From assembly GCA_963848295.1 (NCBI GenBank), contig CAWKDB010000002.1:640001-704000 (forward strand): a DNA stretch of 64,000 nucleotides, given 5' to 3'. The stretch is from an uncultured delta proteobacterium (GTDB lineage Bacteria; Myxococcota_A; Polyangia; Haliangiales; Haliangiaceae). Positions 21,458 to 32,457 of this stretch are shown piece after piece (the stretch's first letter is position 1; each line of letters starts with the position of its first letter). Both the position numbers and the translations under genes were made by a program. Under the pieces are notes generated by a model. That model saw nothing but the letters and a program-made list of their open reading frames with translations. It searched no databases and was not told where the DNA came from.

Positions 21458-23757
21458 TCAACCGGCGTTCGTCAGCCGCTCGACCGGTTCGCGCGCCGGG
21501 ATCTTTCCCGGTCGATTCCGGTTCGCGACCATGCGCAGCGCGAGGTAAAGGAGCGGCACGACCCCGCCGATGATGAAGACGACGTCTCCGGGTAACCGCA
21601 GCCACTCGAGGAGCGTACGTCGCCGCGAGCAAAGAACTCCGGGCTGCGGGCATGCCAGTATCCGTGACGAGCGCGTCGTGAAGCTGGAGCGCGCCGATCG
21701 GGAAGAGGTTGACGCAGACCATCCAGGCGAGACCACCATTGAGCGACCAGAATGACCACTTCATCGCCCGTTCGGTCCGCGCATCGCGCGGGACGAAGTA
21801 GGCGGCCACGAACATGAAGAAGCCGATGGCGAGCATGCCGTAGACGCCCATCATCGCCGCGTGGCCGTGGTTCGCGGTGAACTGAGTGCCGATCTCCCAG
21901 TAGCTGACGATCGGCAGGTTGATGAGGAACCCGAAGACGCCGGCGCCCACGAAGTTCCAAAAGCCCACGGCGGTCAGGAACATGACGGCCCACTTGTGCG
22001 GAAACCGCTCGTCGCGTGTGTCCATCGTTCGCTGGCCGGGGCTCCTCCCCCAGGCGCATGAACCGCCACGCTTCGAAGGTCAGGAGCACGAGCGGAACCA
22101 CCTCCATCGCCGAGAAGAACGCTCCGAGCGCCATGTGCATCGCCGGCGTCCCGCTGAAATAGAGGTGGTGCATCGTCCCGACCACGCCGCCGATCGAATA
22201 GAGGATGATCTCGAGATAGATAAGCCGCGTCGCCGACCGCTCGGGAACCATTCCGATCAGCACGAACATGTAGGCGACCGTCACCGTGGTGAAGATCTCG
22301 AGGAAGTCCTCGACCCAGAGATGAACGACCCAGAAGCGCCAGAAGTCGATCACCGCGAAGTGCGACTTCGGCCCGAAAAGCATTCCCACTCCGTAGAAGA
22401 GAGGGATGGAGAGTGCCGCATAGAGGAACAGCGACGGGAGGCTCCCGAGATGTTCTGCGCTCAGCTTGGAGCGAAGGCCTCTGAAGATGATGACGAGCCA
22501 CAGCACGAGCCCGGCGGTGAGGGCAATCTGCCAAAGCCGGCCCAGATCGAGATACTCCCAGCCTTGCGCCCCCACCCACCACGCCGTGGAGGGCGACCTA
22601 ATGATGCCTCGATAGCTCAGCGTCTCGCCGGCCAGCGAGCCCCCCACGACGACGATCAGCGCGCCGAACAGCAAGAGCGCGAGCGTGTCCTGGTGGCGCG
22701 GCTCCTTCCCGGCGATCATCGGCGCGATGAAGATCCCGATCGCCAGGTACGCGGTCGCGACGAAGAACAGCGCGAGCTGGAGATGCCAGGTCCGCGTCAG
22801 GTTGTACGGAAACCAAGACGCGACATCGAGCCCGAAGAAGGTCGTCGGATCTGCGTGGTAGTGAGCGTTGGCCCCGCCGCAGAGCGCTTGAAGTAGGAAC
22901 AAGCTGATGACGACCAGGAAATACCAGACCGTCGAGCGCTGCCCGGAGGTGAGCCCGACCTCGCCAGGCTGGCGGAAGATGATCGTCCGTGCGCCGTCCG
23001 GGGCCTCGTCCGGCCAGCCGAGATCACGGAAGCGCCCGAAGGCAAAGAGCGTCGCGCCGATTCCGCCGAGCAGCGCGATGAGCGAAAGGGTCGACCAGAG
23101 GATCGCGTCGGCGGTGAGGGTGTTCCCGATCTCCGGCGCGGGTGGCCAGTTGTTCGTATAGGAGTACGGTTTGTTGGGGCGGTTCGCCGTCGCGACCCAC
23201 GCGGACCAGGAAAAATACGCGACGAGCGCCGGGATCTCTTCCGGCGAGATGGTCGGGCGCCGCAGCCCGCGCTGGCTCTCGGCCGGGCCAAACCATTGGC
23301 GATAGTAGTCTCGGAGCTCGCGGAAGGCGGCAGCCTGCGCGGGCGTGAAGACGAGGACGTCCCGAGTCGCATCCCAGCGATTGGTCTTGAAGTCCTCGAG
23401 GACGCGCCGCGCGGGATTCGTGGCGGCGTTCGACGCGTAGAAGTGGCCCATCGCCTCGCGCGCGCGCTCGATGTAGTCGGCGGTGAAATCGGGACCGAGG
23501 TAGGCACCGTGGCCGAAGATCGTCCCGTACTCCATGAGGCCGTATTTCCCGAAGATCAGCTGCCCCGCAAAGACATCGTCTCCCGTGAAAAGAATGCTGC
23601 CATCCATGGCGACGGTCTTTCGGGCAACAGGCGGATGCTCGGCGTACACGCGGTAAGCGAGGTAGCCGAGGATGGCGAACCCGACTACGAACGTGAGAAG
23701 CGCCACCTGAATCCAGGTGGGCGAGACGGCGAGCGGGGACCGGGCGGGCTTGGCCAT
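21458..23757 (-). CDS. norB: Quinol-dependent nitric oxide reductase (qNor); frameshifts near 22030 and 21620-21660
   Basis: GHGAYLGPDFTA, SYTNNWP, RTWHLQL, GWEYLDLGR, HLWVEDFLE, GTMHHLYF, SAMEVVPL, NHGHAAMMGVYG and WLRLPGD. Confidence 0.93.
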
Positions 23758-23878
23758 CCGAGCCTTATATCCCGCGGGGCGATTGGTTCGGTGGCGCAAG
23801 TGCGATGGCCTCCGGAGCGGGTACTGCTGCTCCTCCCGCCCTCGAATGCGAGCTCGGCCCGTCGCGTGCATCGCATAG

Positions 23879-24470
23879 GTGTCGCGCCAAGCGAGGCACG
23901 AACCCCCTGTACACCGTCGGCCACTGGACGCGCACCGCCGGCGAGCTCGTCAAGGTCCTCCTAACGCGTACGCTGCGACGAGGCTGGTCGATATCCGCAG
24001 CATTCCACGCTCTCGGACCAACCCGCAGTTCAACCTTGACGTCCTGCCCGACACGCTCCACGCAGCGAAGATCAGCCACGTCGATCTCGCCGCGCTCGGT
24101 GGTCGCCGAGGCAAGAGCAAGAGCATCGAGAACGGGCGTCAACGCCGCTGGCTGGGAGCGGCAGCCATTTCACAACTACGCCGACTACGCCGAGACCGAG
24201 CCGTTTCACAGGAGGGCTCTCGAAGCGCAGCTCTCCGCGATGGCGGCGAACGAGACGTGCGCGATGATGTGTGCCGCAGGCGCTCCGGTGGCGCTGCCAC
24301 CGCCGGATCGTCCGCGGGTATCATGTGCTCGCGCGGGGAGTCCCGGTCTTCCACATCAGCACGCGCGCAACGAGCCGCGCCGGCCGTGATGACGCCGTTC
24401 GCGGTCGTGAGCAAGGCGGGCGGCGTCTCGTACCCCGCGCCCGCCGGGACGGACACCGCGAGTCGTGCCA
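23879..24470 (+). CDS. DUF488 family protein; frameshifted, end approximate
   Basis: YTVGHWTR, LVDIRSIPRSRTNPQFN, LGGRR, FHNYADYA and MC...WRCHRRIV. Confidence 0.8.
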
Positions 24471-24480
24471 TCCCCCCCCG

Positions 24481-24572
24481 GCGCGGCGCATCACCGAAGC
24501 GACGCGCCCCCGCTCCGCCGAGACGGCGATTGCCTGCACGAAATAGATCTCGAACACCTTCGCCCACGGCTG
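24481..24572 (-). pseudogene. Remnant of a truncated-hemoglobin 3' end
   Basis: Colinear with 31225-31316: QPWAKVFEIYFVQAIAVSAERGRVAS versus QPWAEAFKLYFMQAIAVPAERVRAAS. Confidence 0.8.
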
Positions 24573-24618
24573 TGCTTGGCATCGTGTTGCTCGCCCATAT
24601 GCGAGCAGGAGGTTCCAG

Positions 24619-24972
24619 ATGACCGACGGCATCTATCCAGCTCCGACCCAAGACCTGTCCCGCATGCGAAGCGAAGCCTCGGCGCCTGACACCGACGCTG
24701 CGTTCCGCGCGTTTTCGAAGCAGGTCTTCGCAGAAGGTGCGCTGTCCGCGAAGACCAAGACATTTTATCGCGGTGGCGGTCGCGCACGTCACGCAGTGCC
24801 CGTACTGCATTCGCGGCCATACGAAAGCCGCGCTACGTGCCGGCGCGACGCCGCAGGAGCTGATGGATGCGATCCGGGTGGCCGCGGAGATGCGCGCCGG
24901 CGGTGCTTCGCGCACGCGACGATCGCGCTCGCAGAGATCGAGGCAGAGCAGCCGCCGCACGAGCACGGATAG
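24619..24972 (+). CDS. Carboxymuconolactone decarboxylase / AhpD-like protein; compensating frameshifts
   Basis: GALSAKTK..IAVAVAHVTQCPYCIRGH...AAEMRAG; AGGAGG RBS. Confidence 0.85.
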   Translation: MTDGIYPAPTQDLSRMRSEASAPDTDAAFRAFSKQVFAEGALSAKTKTFYRGGGRARHAVPVLHSRPYESRATCRRDAAGADGCDPGGRGDARRRCFAHATIALAEIEAEQPPHEHG

Positions 24973-24999
24973 CGGATAAGCTGTATCCATCGGCGATCC

Positions 25000-25110
25000 C
25001 GGTGCGGCAGCGCGGTGTGGCCGTCAGCGAGGCGGATCGCTGGGCGCTCGTCGCATACGTGTTGTCGATGTCGCCTCCCGAGCGGCCCGTGCTCCATGCA
25101 CGCGACTTCG
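25000..25110 (+). pseudogene. Possible remnant of a cytochrome c C-terminal helix
   Basis: SEADRWALVAYVLSM resembles class I cytochrome c terminal helices. No CxxCH and no start. Confidence 0.35.
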
Positions 25111-25228
25111 CCGCCGATCGCGCGCATCGGTCCGGACGGGCGCGTGCGCCCGTGACGCGACAGGACGATGCCAGAGGCCGAGCACGCGAGACGAGAGCTA
25201 CGGGTGTGTCGTCCGCCGATCAGCTCGT

Positions 25229-25962
25229 TCAGTAGCCCGTAAACTCCTGCGTCCGGATGTCGTCATCATCGACTCCGGTCGCGTTAAGCATCGCGTGCAG
25301 CCCCTTCACCATCCCGGGCGGCCCGGCGATGTAATAGATCGGCGATGCGGCGTCCTTGAGGTGACGAGAGAGGAGCTGCTAATCGATCAGCCCGGTCTCT
25401 CCCGTCCACGGCCGATGCGAGCTGGCCATGTCGGTCATCGTCGCGACCAACTTGTAGTTCGAATTCGTCTGCTGCAGCGCGACGAGCTCGTCGAGGAACG
25501 CCGCATCTTCCGGTCGCCGATTCGAATAGAACACGAAGATGTGATGCGGGAGCTTTTGCCGTGCGGCGTGGACGAGGATGCTTCGAAACGGCGTGATCCC
25601 GATGCCTCCCGAAAGGATCACCGCGGCCCGCGCGAATTGTTGTGAGCGCCAAGTGGGCGAACGGACCTCGATCGTCACTGTGGTGCCGAGCGCCAAGGTC
25701 TTCAGCACGCGTTTGAAAGCAGTGTCACGCATGCGGGTCGTGATCATCAGCGTCGCCTCTTCAGGAGCGCTCGAATCGAGAACCCTCGCTTGTCACCCTC
25801 GGCGTCGGTTTCCGGGGGCGACAGGAGGCTGATATCGATGAACTGACCAGCCTTGAAGGTCCAGCCGGATGGCTTCGAACTGAAAGGCCATCGTCGCTCG
25901 GCGACTTCCTCTCGGCCGATCAACGTGGAGTGAAACATCGGCCAACTTGCGGTGACTGCCAT
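25229..25962 (-). CDS. FAD/NAD(P)-binding oxidoreductase (ferredoxin-reductase fold); frameshifted
   Basis: FKAGQF, RGFSI, TTRMRDTAFK, GGIGITPF, YSNRRPEDAAF, YIAGPPGMV and terminal EFTGY. Confidence 0.85.
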
Positions 25963-26001
25963 GGTTCCCTGCTTTCCATCACATCGAGTGGATCATCGTG
26001 G

Positions 26002-27086
26002 TCATCGGCTCGATTTCAAGGCCGCGCTCTTGTCCGCGATCCGCTGGAGCAACTCGTTCCACGACTTCACGAACGACTTCGCGCCATCGATCTGGAGCTG
26101 CTTCGCGACCGCATCGATATCGATGCCCTCCTTGGCGAATCGCGCGAGGACCGCTTCCGCGTCGCCGCCGTCGGCGGCCAGTACACCCGAGACGTTGCCG
26201 TGGTCGGCAAACGCTGCGAGCGTCTTCTCGGGGATCGTGTTGATCGTGTCTGGAGCCGCGAGTGCTTCGACATAGAGCGTATCGGAGGCGTGCGGATTTT
26301 TCGTCCCGGTGCTCGCCCACAGCAAGCGTTGTGGACGAGCGCCCGCCGCCGCGAGCTTGGTCCACCGCGGCGATCCGAGCAGCTCGCGATACGCGCGGTA
26401 CGTACGCTTCGCGATCGCGATGCCGAGCTGATTGCGGAGCTTGGGCGGCACCTTGTCGCTCACGGCCTTGTCCCACCGGCTGACGAACAGCGACGCCACC
26501 GAGCTCACCCGCGGATCGCGTCCCGCGGCGATCCGACGCTCGATCGCGCGCAGATAAGCCTCGGCGGCCGCGACGTAGTGTTCCCGCGAGAACAGGAGCG
26601 TGACGTTGATCGGTACGCCGGCAAAGATCGATTCCTCGATCGCAGGAACGCCCTCGGGTGTCCCGGGAATCTTGACGAACAGGTTGCTCCGGTCGGCCTG
26701 TCGATGGATCTGTGCGCGGCCGCGACCGAGCCTGCGGTATCGGCCGGCAACCGCGGTGAGATCTCCATGGAGATCCAGCCATCGACACCCTCAGTGGCAT
26801 CGAAGACCGGCCGGAATAGATCCGCCGCCCGGCGGAGATCCTCGAGTGCGAGCTCGATGAACAACGCCTCGCCCGATCGACCGGCCTTGGCCTTGTCACG
26901 GATGCCGGCGTCGTACGCGGTTGTCTTGCCTATCGCCTCGTCGAAGATCGTTGGATTCGAGGTCAGGCCGGTGACCGAGTACTCCGCGATGTAGCGGCAC
27001 ATCGTGCCGTTATCGAGAAGATCGCGGGTGATGTTGTCGAGCCACACACTCTGGCCGAGCGCGCGAAGCTTGCTGGTCTTGTTCAT
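26002..27086 (-). CDS. tal: Transaldolase; frameshifted
   Basis: GQSVWLDNI, GLTSNPTIF, LFVKIPGT, NVTLLFS, SVASLFVSR, LLWASTGTK and TINTIP. Confidence 0.9.
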
Positions 27087-27271
27087 GTTCGAAGCTCCGT
27101 ACCGTCACCATGGTCGACTCGTGAACCGGCGCCCACCTTGGGAGCACCATCTCTCGCCGGGAGTCGACCGTCGACGACGAGGAACCTAGCGCGCCGCCCT
27201 CGTTCTCCCAGCGGCGAATTGCACGCGTCTCCAGATCATTGCGGCAGGCCGGTCGTCGCGCTTCGCTTCGA

Positions 27272-28294
27272 TCATGCTCGATCAGGTTGCAGCGCATGTG
27301 CCAGAGCGACCGGGCCCAGGTAGCCGCGCTCGACGAGTCGGGCGAGTAGCAGATGATAGTAGAGCATTCCACGCTGCGGGCCGAGTGCATCGAGCACGTG
27401 GTCGACATCCACCCCACCGACGAGCTCGAGATTACGAACAACGCTGGAATCGTTCATCGGAAAGACATCGAGCCGACCGAGTCCACGTAGCAGGATCACG
27501 GTGGCGGTCCACGGACCGATTCCTTTGATCCGGCAGAGCAACGCCACGGCGTCCGGGCTCGGCAGCGCTTCCAGCATCGCTTCATCGAGCGTGCCGGTCA
27601 GCAAGGCCTCGGCCACTCGGCGGAGCGCCGCCAGCTTGTTCGCGCTCAAACCGGTTGCGCTCGACACGACATCGTTCGCGCCTTGTAGGCTCTCGGCCGT
27701 CGGGAACATATGGAGTTTCAACGCGCCACACTCGATCGGCACTCCGAGCGCCTCGACGAGATGTCGCGAGATCGAGCTGGCCGCGCTGAGACTTACCTGC
27801 TGAAACACGATCGCGTTGACGCAGGCCTCCCACAGCGTCGGATAGCGTGGCGGCTTGACGCCGAGCATGCGCCGGGCCAGCGGTCGTAACCATCGGACAC
27901 CGCGGAGCGCGCGGTAGAAGTGCGAGAGCTCGCGATCGACTCCCAGAATCCGGCGCAAGACGGCAAGCTCTCGGAGGCGACCGTCAGCGCGGTTCTCGCG
28001 GCCGTCGAACTCACCCGTAGTGCGTCGGCTCGGTCCTGGGTCACGTGCGCGATCACCGGTGCACCCGCCCCGCCGAGCGCGCGGATGTACTGACCTTCTG
28101 CGGTGAGCACGTCCACGATATTCGTCGGGAGCCTTCGGAGCGCGCTCACCGTCAGGTCGAGCCGATAGGGCGCGACCACCGCGATATCGTACGCGCTCGA
28201 GCTCGGTGGCAACGATCGCGGACGTTGGCGATGGGGTGTGGCTCGTCGCGAAGGATTCACGTTTCTCACGGGTCTCGTCGTTGTAGGGTTTCAC
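27272..28294 (-). CDS. AlkA-like DNA-3-methyladenine glycosylase (HhH-GPD); N-terminal frameshifts
   Basis: WEACVNAIVFQQVS, FPTAE, IKGIGPWTA and LDVFPMND. Confidence 0.85.
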   Translation of the reverse strand: MKPYNDETREKRESFATSHTPSPTSAIVATELERVRYRGGRALSARPDGERAPKAPDEYRGRAHRRRSVHPRARRGGCTGDRARDPGPSRRTTGEFDGRENRADGRLRELAVLRRILGVDRELSHFYRALRGVRWLRPLARRMLGVKPPRYPTLWEACVNAIVFQQVSLSAASSISRHLVEALGVPIECGALKLHMFPTAESLQGANDVVSSATGLSANKLAALRRVAEALLTGTLDEAMLEALPSPDAVALLCRIKGIGPWTATVILLRGLGRLDVFPMNDSSVVRNLELVGGVDVDHVLDALGPQRGMLYYHLLLARLVERGYLGPVALAHALQPDRA

Positions 28295-28384
28295 GAACCG
28301 CCGATCGCCACCGGTCCGAAGGGCACGCGCACATTCCTGCCACAGCGAGCGTCATCGCACGATCGCAGGCGAACGCAACGCCGT

Positions 28385-28880
28385 TCAAACCAGCGGGCGT
28401 TGCTTCACGTCAGACGGGATTTGCCGTTCGTCGAGCCTCGCTTGCTTGTCGTGCTCGAGGCTGAGTCGTGCGAGGGCGAGCGCACCGAGGAACAGGCCGA
28501 AATCGCGGAGCGCGACGTCGAGGTAGCCCCTGACCATGATGAGATTCACCATGATTCCAACGAGCCACGCTGCAACGACGTAGGCGCCCACGCGTGGCCG
28601 TACGAGGACGATGATCGAGCGATGATCCCGACGACTCCGACGACACCCATGAATGCGTGGCCGCTGATCGGAAGTGCGGCGACGACGTTGGGTGCGAGGT
28701 ATTTGTCCCAGTTCGTCAGCACGTGGAAGAACTTGTCGATGCCGGCGACCAAGGGGCGACGACGAACCCCAGGTGAAGAATGTCGTAGGCCTCGTGCGCG
28801 TGACGGGTCAGCTTGACGTTGCTTCGTGCGCTAGCCGCCGCTTGCTCGGCTCCAGAGTAAGGCAGATTGATGCTCGCCAT
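28385..28880 (-). CDS. DoxX-like membrane protein; frameshifted
   Basis: AGIDKFFHVLTNWDKYLAP...GAYVVAAWL...DVALRDFGL; AAGGAG RBS. Confidence 0.75.
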
Positions 28881-28990
28881 GGTTCGCTCCTTGGGGACGC
28901 TAGTCGGAGTTCGTGCATCACCAGAGCCAGGCGATTGTCGCCGACGCCGACGACGAGCTCACGGTACGCGTGGTGCACCGAATCCACTCG

Positions 28991-29263
28991 ATGACGACGT
29001 TCAAGGTTGGAGATCGAGTGAGCTGGAGCTCGGAAGCCGGCCGCGCTACCGGAGTCATTCGCAAGAAGATCAGCTCGCCGACGAAGTTCAAGAGCTACAC
29101 GGTCCGAGCATCCGCCGCAGAGCCGCAGTACCTGATCGAGAGCGAGAAGACCGACCATCTCGCGGTTCACAAAGCAAAGGCCCTGCACAAGTTGCGTCCA
29201 CGTACGCAGAAGGTGCAGCGCGCGCGTTCGAAGCCGAGCCGGCGCGGTCACGGCACAAGATGA
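28991..29263 (+). CDS. DUF2945 (HVA1-like) small protein
   Basis: FKVGDRVSWSSEAG...RASAAEPQYLIESEKTDHLAVHK. Confidence 0.85.
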   Translation: MTTFKVGDRVSWSSEAGRATGVIRKKISSPTKFKSYTVRASAAEPQYLIESEKTDHLAVHKAKALHKLRPRTQKVQRARSKPSRRGHGTR

Positions 29264-29302
29264 GTCTCTATTACCCGATGCGGATCGCAGCGCGCCTGCT
29301 CG

Positions 29303-29695
29303 TCAGGGCGGCGAAGCCTTGTCTTTCCAGCCGAACGTGAGCAGGAACGCGCTGTCCTCGACCGCTTCGACGTCGTGTTCGATCCCTCGGTCGAGCACGA
29401 GAAGTCGCCCCATGGGCAGATCGACGATCCGATCCTCGCGCTGTCGCGCGAGCCGCGGCAACTGCAAGCGCACGTGCCCCGCGAGGGTCTGGATCGACAC
29501 TGTCTCGTTCGCGATGTGCTGCGCGATGTGGGCGCCGGCCTTCATGGCGATCAGCACCACGCGCATGTCGTGCTCTCGCACCAGCGTTCGCCCCGTATGG
29601 CCTTCACGGAGATAGGCATCCTCGCTTCGCATCTCCCGAACGATCGTCGCGAAGTCGAAGGTCGTCCCGAATTCTGGAGACTCTGGTTTCGCCAT
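29303..29695 (-). CDS. Cupin-fold protein (paralog of 31634-31996)
   Basis: RVVLIAMKAGAHIAQH...SIQTLAG...HDVEA..DSAFLL. Confidence 0.85.
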   Translation of the reverse strand: MAKPESPEFGTTFDFATIVREMRSEDAYLREGHTGRTLVREHDMRVVLIAMKAGAHIAQHIANETVSIQTLAGHVRLQLPRLARQREDRIVDLPMGRLLVLDRGIEHDVEAVEDSAFLLTFGWKDKASPP

Positions 29696-29854
29696 CGACG
29701 AGCCTAGTGCACGATCGAGACCGAACGCCGCACGCGCCTCCCGAGCCGCTGTTCACGGCCGCGTCCAGCATAGTCCGGTCATGAGCGAGCGCAGCGGCGT
29801 GCCCTCGGGCGTCCCGAGTGAGGTGTCTCCGGAGACCGTCCGCGCGTATCGGGC

Positions 29855-30020
29855 GCTGCTGATCTTCTACCGCTACACGTTCTTCACGATGAGCCCATCC
29901 GACCTCGCCCCGCCGCACTCGCCGGCGCTCGAGCAGATCCTGCCGTTCGTGCGCGGCTTCACGTGGATGTGGTGGGCGACCGCGACGTGGTGGATCCCGA
30001 TGCTGCTGATCCTCGTCGTG
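29855..30020 (+). pseudogene. Internally deleted fragment of a TDT/SLAC1 gene
   Basis: LIFYRYTFFTMSPSDLAPP|HSPALEQILPFVRGFT..WATATWWIPML matches the 20.9-21.2 kb gene minus the YWINMG...LDAP segment. Confidence 0.8.
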
Positions 30021-30045
30021 CAGCACACCAATGATGAACGTCGTC

Positions 30046-30606
30046 TCACGACGCGCCGAAGCCGTCGTTCTTCGCGAGCCAGCGGACGATATCCATCGTG
30101 GACACGATCCCGATGAGCCGACCATCATCGTCGACGATCGGAGTGTGATGCACGTCCTCGCTCGCCATCAGCGCGGCCGCATGGGCGACGGTGGCGCGCT
30201 GCCCGAGCGTGATGGCGAGAGGCATCATCAGCTCGTTGGCAGTCTTTGTTCTGAGATCGTTGGAGGTCGGGCTCTCCGCCTGCTCCAGATCGTTCTCGAG
30301 TAGCTGTTCGACGAGATCGAGCTTCGTGATCATGCCGATCGGACGCCCCGGCTCCTCCACGACGGGAACGCAGCCGATGTGCTCCCGTACCATGAGCTCC
30401 GCGATCAGCGCCGCAGACAGATCGCGGCTCGCGCACGTGACGTTGCGAGTCATGATCTCCGTGACGGGAATCAGGTCGGCGATCGTCCGAACGGATGCGA
30501 GGTCGGGATCGGGTTTGGCGCAGGAGAGAAACCGGTCGGTGTGTGCCCCGCCCATCCGGAAGATGCGCAGGTTCAGCTGGCTGTCGGCTGCCATCGTCTT
30601 CGTCAT
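30046..30606 (-). CDS. CBS-pair domain protein
   Basis: VTEIMT...IGCVPVV...IGMITKLD and LIGIVSTMDIV. Confidence 0.85.
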   Translation of the reverse strand: MTKTMAADSQLNLRIFRMGGAHTDRFLSCAKPDPDLASVRTIADLIPVTEIMTRNVTCASRDLSAALIAELMVREHIGCVPVVEEPGRPIGMITKLDLVEQLLENDLEQAESPTSNDLRTKTANELMMPLAITLGQRATVAHAAALMASEDVHHTPIVDDDGRLIGIVSTMDIVRWLAKNDGFGAS

Positions 30607-30763
30607 GACGATCAGCTCAGCAAGGTTCGCGCCCGAACCAACAGGCGTGCCCCCCAGGCAACGCGCAGAAGTTTCGCCGCGGAGCGACGGCAGCGCAGCC
30701 GATTCGCGGTTCCTCCAGAGACGTCCGGCGGCATCTGGCGCGTCGGCTGCAAGTCCATCTAGC

Positions 30764-31168
30764 GTGAACCCACAACAAGCTCTCGAGGATGTCCTCGCCC
30801 AACACGCCGAGCTGCGCGAGCTAACGGATCGTTGCGATGTGCTCGCCGACGAGCTGGACGCCGGGCAGATCGAACCCGACGCTGTGCTGCGCGAGGTCGT
30901 ACGTCTACGCCTTCGATTCGAGGCGCAACGCCGGTTTGAGGAGCTGGTTCTGCACCCGATGCTTCGCGAAGCAGGCCTGTTTCGCGCGATTCCCGTGGCG
31001 AGTGTCTCTTGGCGCAAGCCGCTTCCGCAGCTTGCGCTCGCTTCGGACGTCACGGTCGAGCTTCGACTCACGCTCGACGCGCTGCGTACCGGTCTCGACG
31101 CGGAAGATCGGCCTTATCGGTCGTTGCGTGTCCTTCAGTACACCACCGAGCTGGGCGGGCCGCGATGA
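30764..31168 (+). CDS. Hemerythrin-like helical-bundle protein (degenerate ligands)
   Basis: LAQHAELR...QRRFEELVLHP..DAED pattern. Confidence 0.55.
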   Translation: MNPQQALEDVLAQHAELRELTDRCDVLADELDAGQIEPDAVLREVVRLRLRFEAQRRFEELVLHPMLREAGLFRAIPVASVSWRKPLPQLALASDVTVELRLTLDALRTGLDAEDRPYRSLRVLQYTTELGGPR

Positions 31169-31214
31169 TGTCGTTCGCGGTGGCGAGCAAGCTGTGCCGC
31201 AGCGCGTGCTGCGA

Positions 31215-31637
31215 TCATGAGTCCGCGCGGCGCCTCACCGAAGCGGCGCGCACCCGCTCCGCCGGCACGGCGATCGCCTGCATGAAGTAGAGCTTGAACG
31301 CTTCGGCCCACGGCTGCTCGTCGACCGCACGCGCCATGCACAAGAGCCACGCGTCACGCTCGGCCTCGTCGATCGCAAAGCGTGCGTGGAAGCCGGGGAT
31401 CGAGATGGCTCCGAATCGCGCCCGATATTCGTTGGGGCCACCGAGCCAGGCCACGAGGAAGACCGCGAGCTTGTCGCGGACCTCCGTCAGATCGGTGGCG
31501 TGCATCGCGCGAAGCGCTCGCGCCGCGGGGAGCGTCTCCATGTGCTCGTAGAACCGATGGACGAGGCGGTCGATCCCATCGGCACCACCCGCGGCGCGGT
31601 ACGAAGCGTCGTCAGTTCCGTAGCTTGATGAGGTCAA
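31215..31637 (-). CDS. Group II truncated hemoglobin
   Basis: YRAAGG..GIDRLVHRFY, WLGGP..Y, FHARFAI and ERDAWLLCM. Confidence 0.9.
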   Translation of the reverse strand: MTSSSYGTDDASYRAAGGADGIDRLVHRFYEHMETLPAARALRAMHATDLTEVRDKLAVFLVAWLGGPNEYRARFGAISIPGFHARFAIDEAERDAWLLCMARAVDEQPWAEAFKLYFMQAIAVPAERVRAASVRRRADS

Positions 31638-31996
31638 GCCGCGCCCCGCGCGAGCACGAGAACGAACGCGCTCTCGGCGATGGCCTCGACGTCGTGGGCC
31701 GGGCCGCGCTCGAGTGGCAGGAGATGCCCGGCACCGAGCTCGACCACGCGATCGTTCAACCGGACCCGCAGCTCCCCGTGGAGGACCTGCACCGTCGCCG
31801 TATCGCTGGCGTGGTGCTCGGCGAGCGTGGCGCCGGCCTCCATCGCGATCACCACGACCCGGAGGTCGGGCTCGCGGAGGATCGTGCGCGCGGCGTGTTT
31901 GACCGCTGACGCGATGGCGTCCGCGCGTAGCTCGCGCGCCACCGCGACGAGGTCAATCACGCCACCGGCGTGGGCTGCCTCGGGCTGGGACTTCAC
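31634..31996 (-). CDS. Cupin-fold protein
   Basis: LRVVVIAMEAGATLAEHHA...HDVEAIAESAF; GTGA and TTGA overlaps with both neighbours. Confidence 0.85.
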   Translation of the reverse strand: MKSQPEAAHAGGVIDLVAVARELRADAIASAVKHAARTILREPDLRVVVIAMEAGATLAEHHASDTATVQVLHGELRVRLNDRVVELGAGHLLPLERGPAHDVEAIAESAFVLVLARGAA

Positions 31997-32457
31997 GCGG
32001 CACCTCCCAGCGCGCCTTGACGCCATGCCATGAGGTGTTCTTCGAGAACGATCTGCGCCTGGACATGATCGTCGAGGCGCGCGAGCTCGAGATACAGCGC
32101 GCGCTCGGTCGGGTCCGCGCCGGCGCGGGCCTGGTACTCGGTGCCCGCGACGGACCGAATGTGATCGATCAGCGCGATGACCGCGAGATGGTCCGCGTGC
32201 ATCCCATCGCGGATGCGCGTCGTGACCGAGGCCGCGGCCCGATGCGCGAGGAGCGCCTCCTCGCGGTCGAGGTGGCCGAGCAGAAGGGGTTGAAGCTCGA
32301 CGATCGAGCGCGCGAGCTCGCGGGTGGTGTGATCGCCACGACGGCGTGCAGCCGCGATCGCCATCGGCACGACGAACGGCAGGCGCGCCCACACGTAGTC
32401 GTGATGGTTCGCGACCGCATCGTCGAGCAACGTCGGCGGCGCGACCACGGCGCTCAT
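31993..32457 (-). CDS. Hemerythrin-domain protein, Ric-like without the N-terminal ScdA domain
   Basis: NHHDY...LP, HLDREE, MHADH and LYLELARL...QIVLEE; ATGA overlap with ric. Confidence 0.75.
   Translation of the reverse strand: MSAVVAPPTLLDDAVANHHDYVWARLPFVVPMAIAAARRRGDHTTRELARSIVELQPLLLGHLDREEALLAHRAAASVTTRIRDGMHADHLAVIALIDHIRSVAGTEYQARAGADPTERALYLELARLDDHVQAQIVLEEHLMAWRQGALGGAA

Noticed and set aside
21458..23757. Possibility that the Nor is an NO dismutase or another divergent heme-copper enzyme
   Set aside because: The HLWVE, HH pair (GTMHHLY) and EVVPL glutamate are all canonical for qNor.
24578..24590. sigma54-like TTGGCATCGTGTTGCT before the CMD gene
   Set aside because: Spacing is N9 rather than N10. 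It could be an indel error but cannot be supported as written.
27150..27298. Small minus-strand ORF containing RWENEGG
   Set aside because: The motif resembles small hypothetical proteins, but start and stop cannot be defined in this error-rich region.
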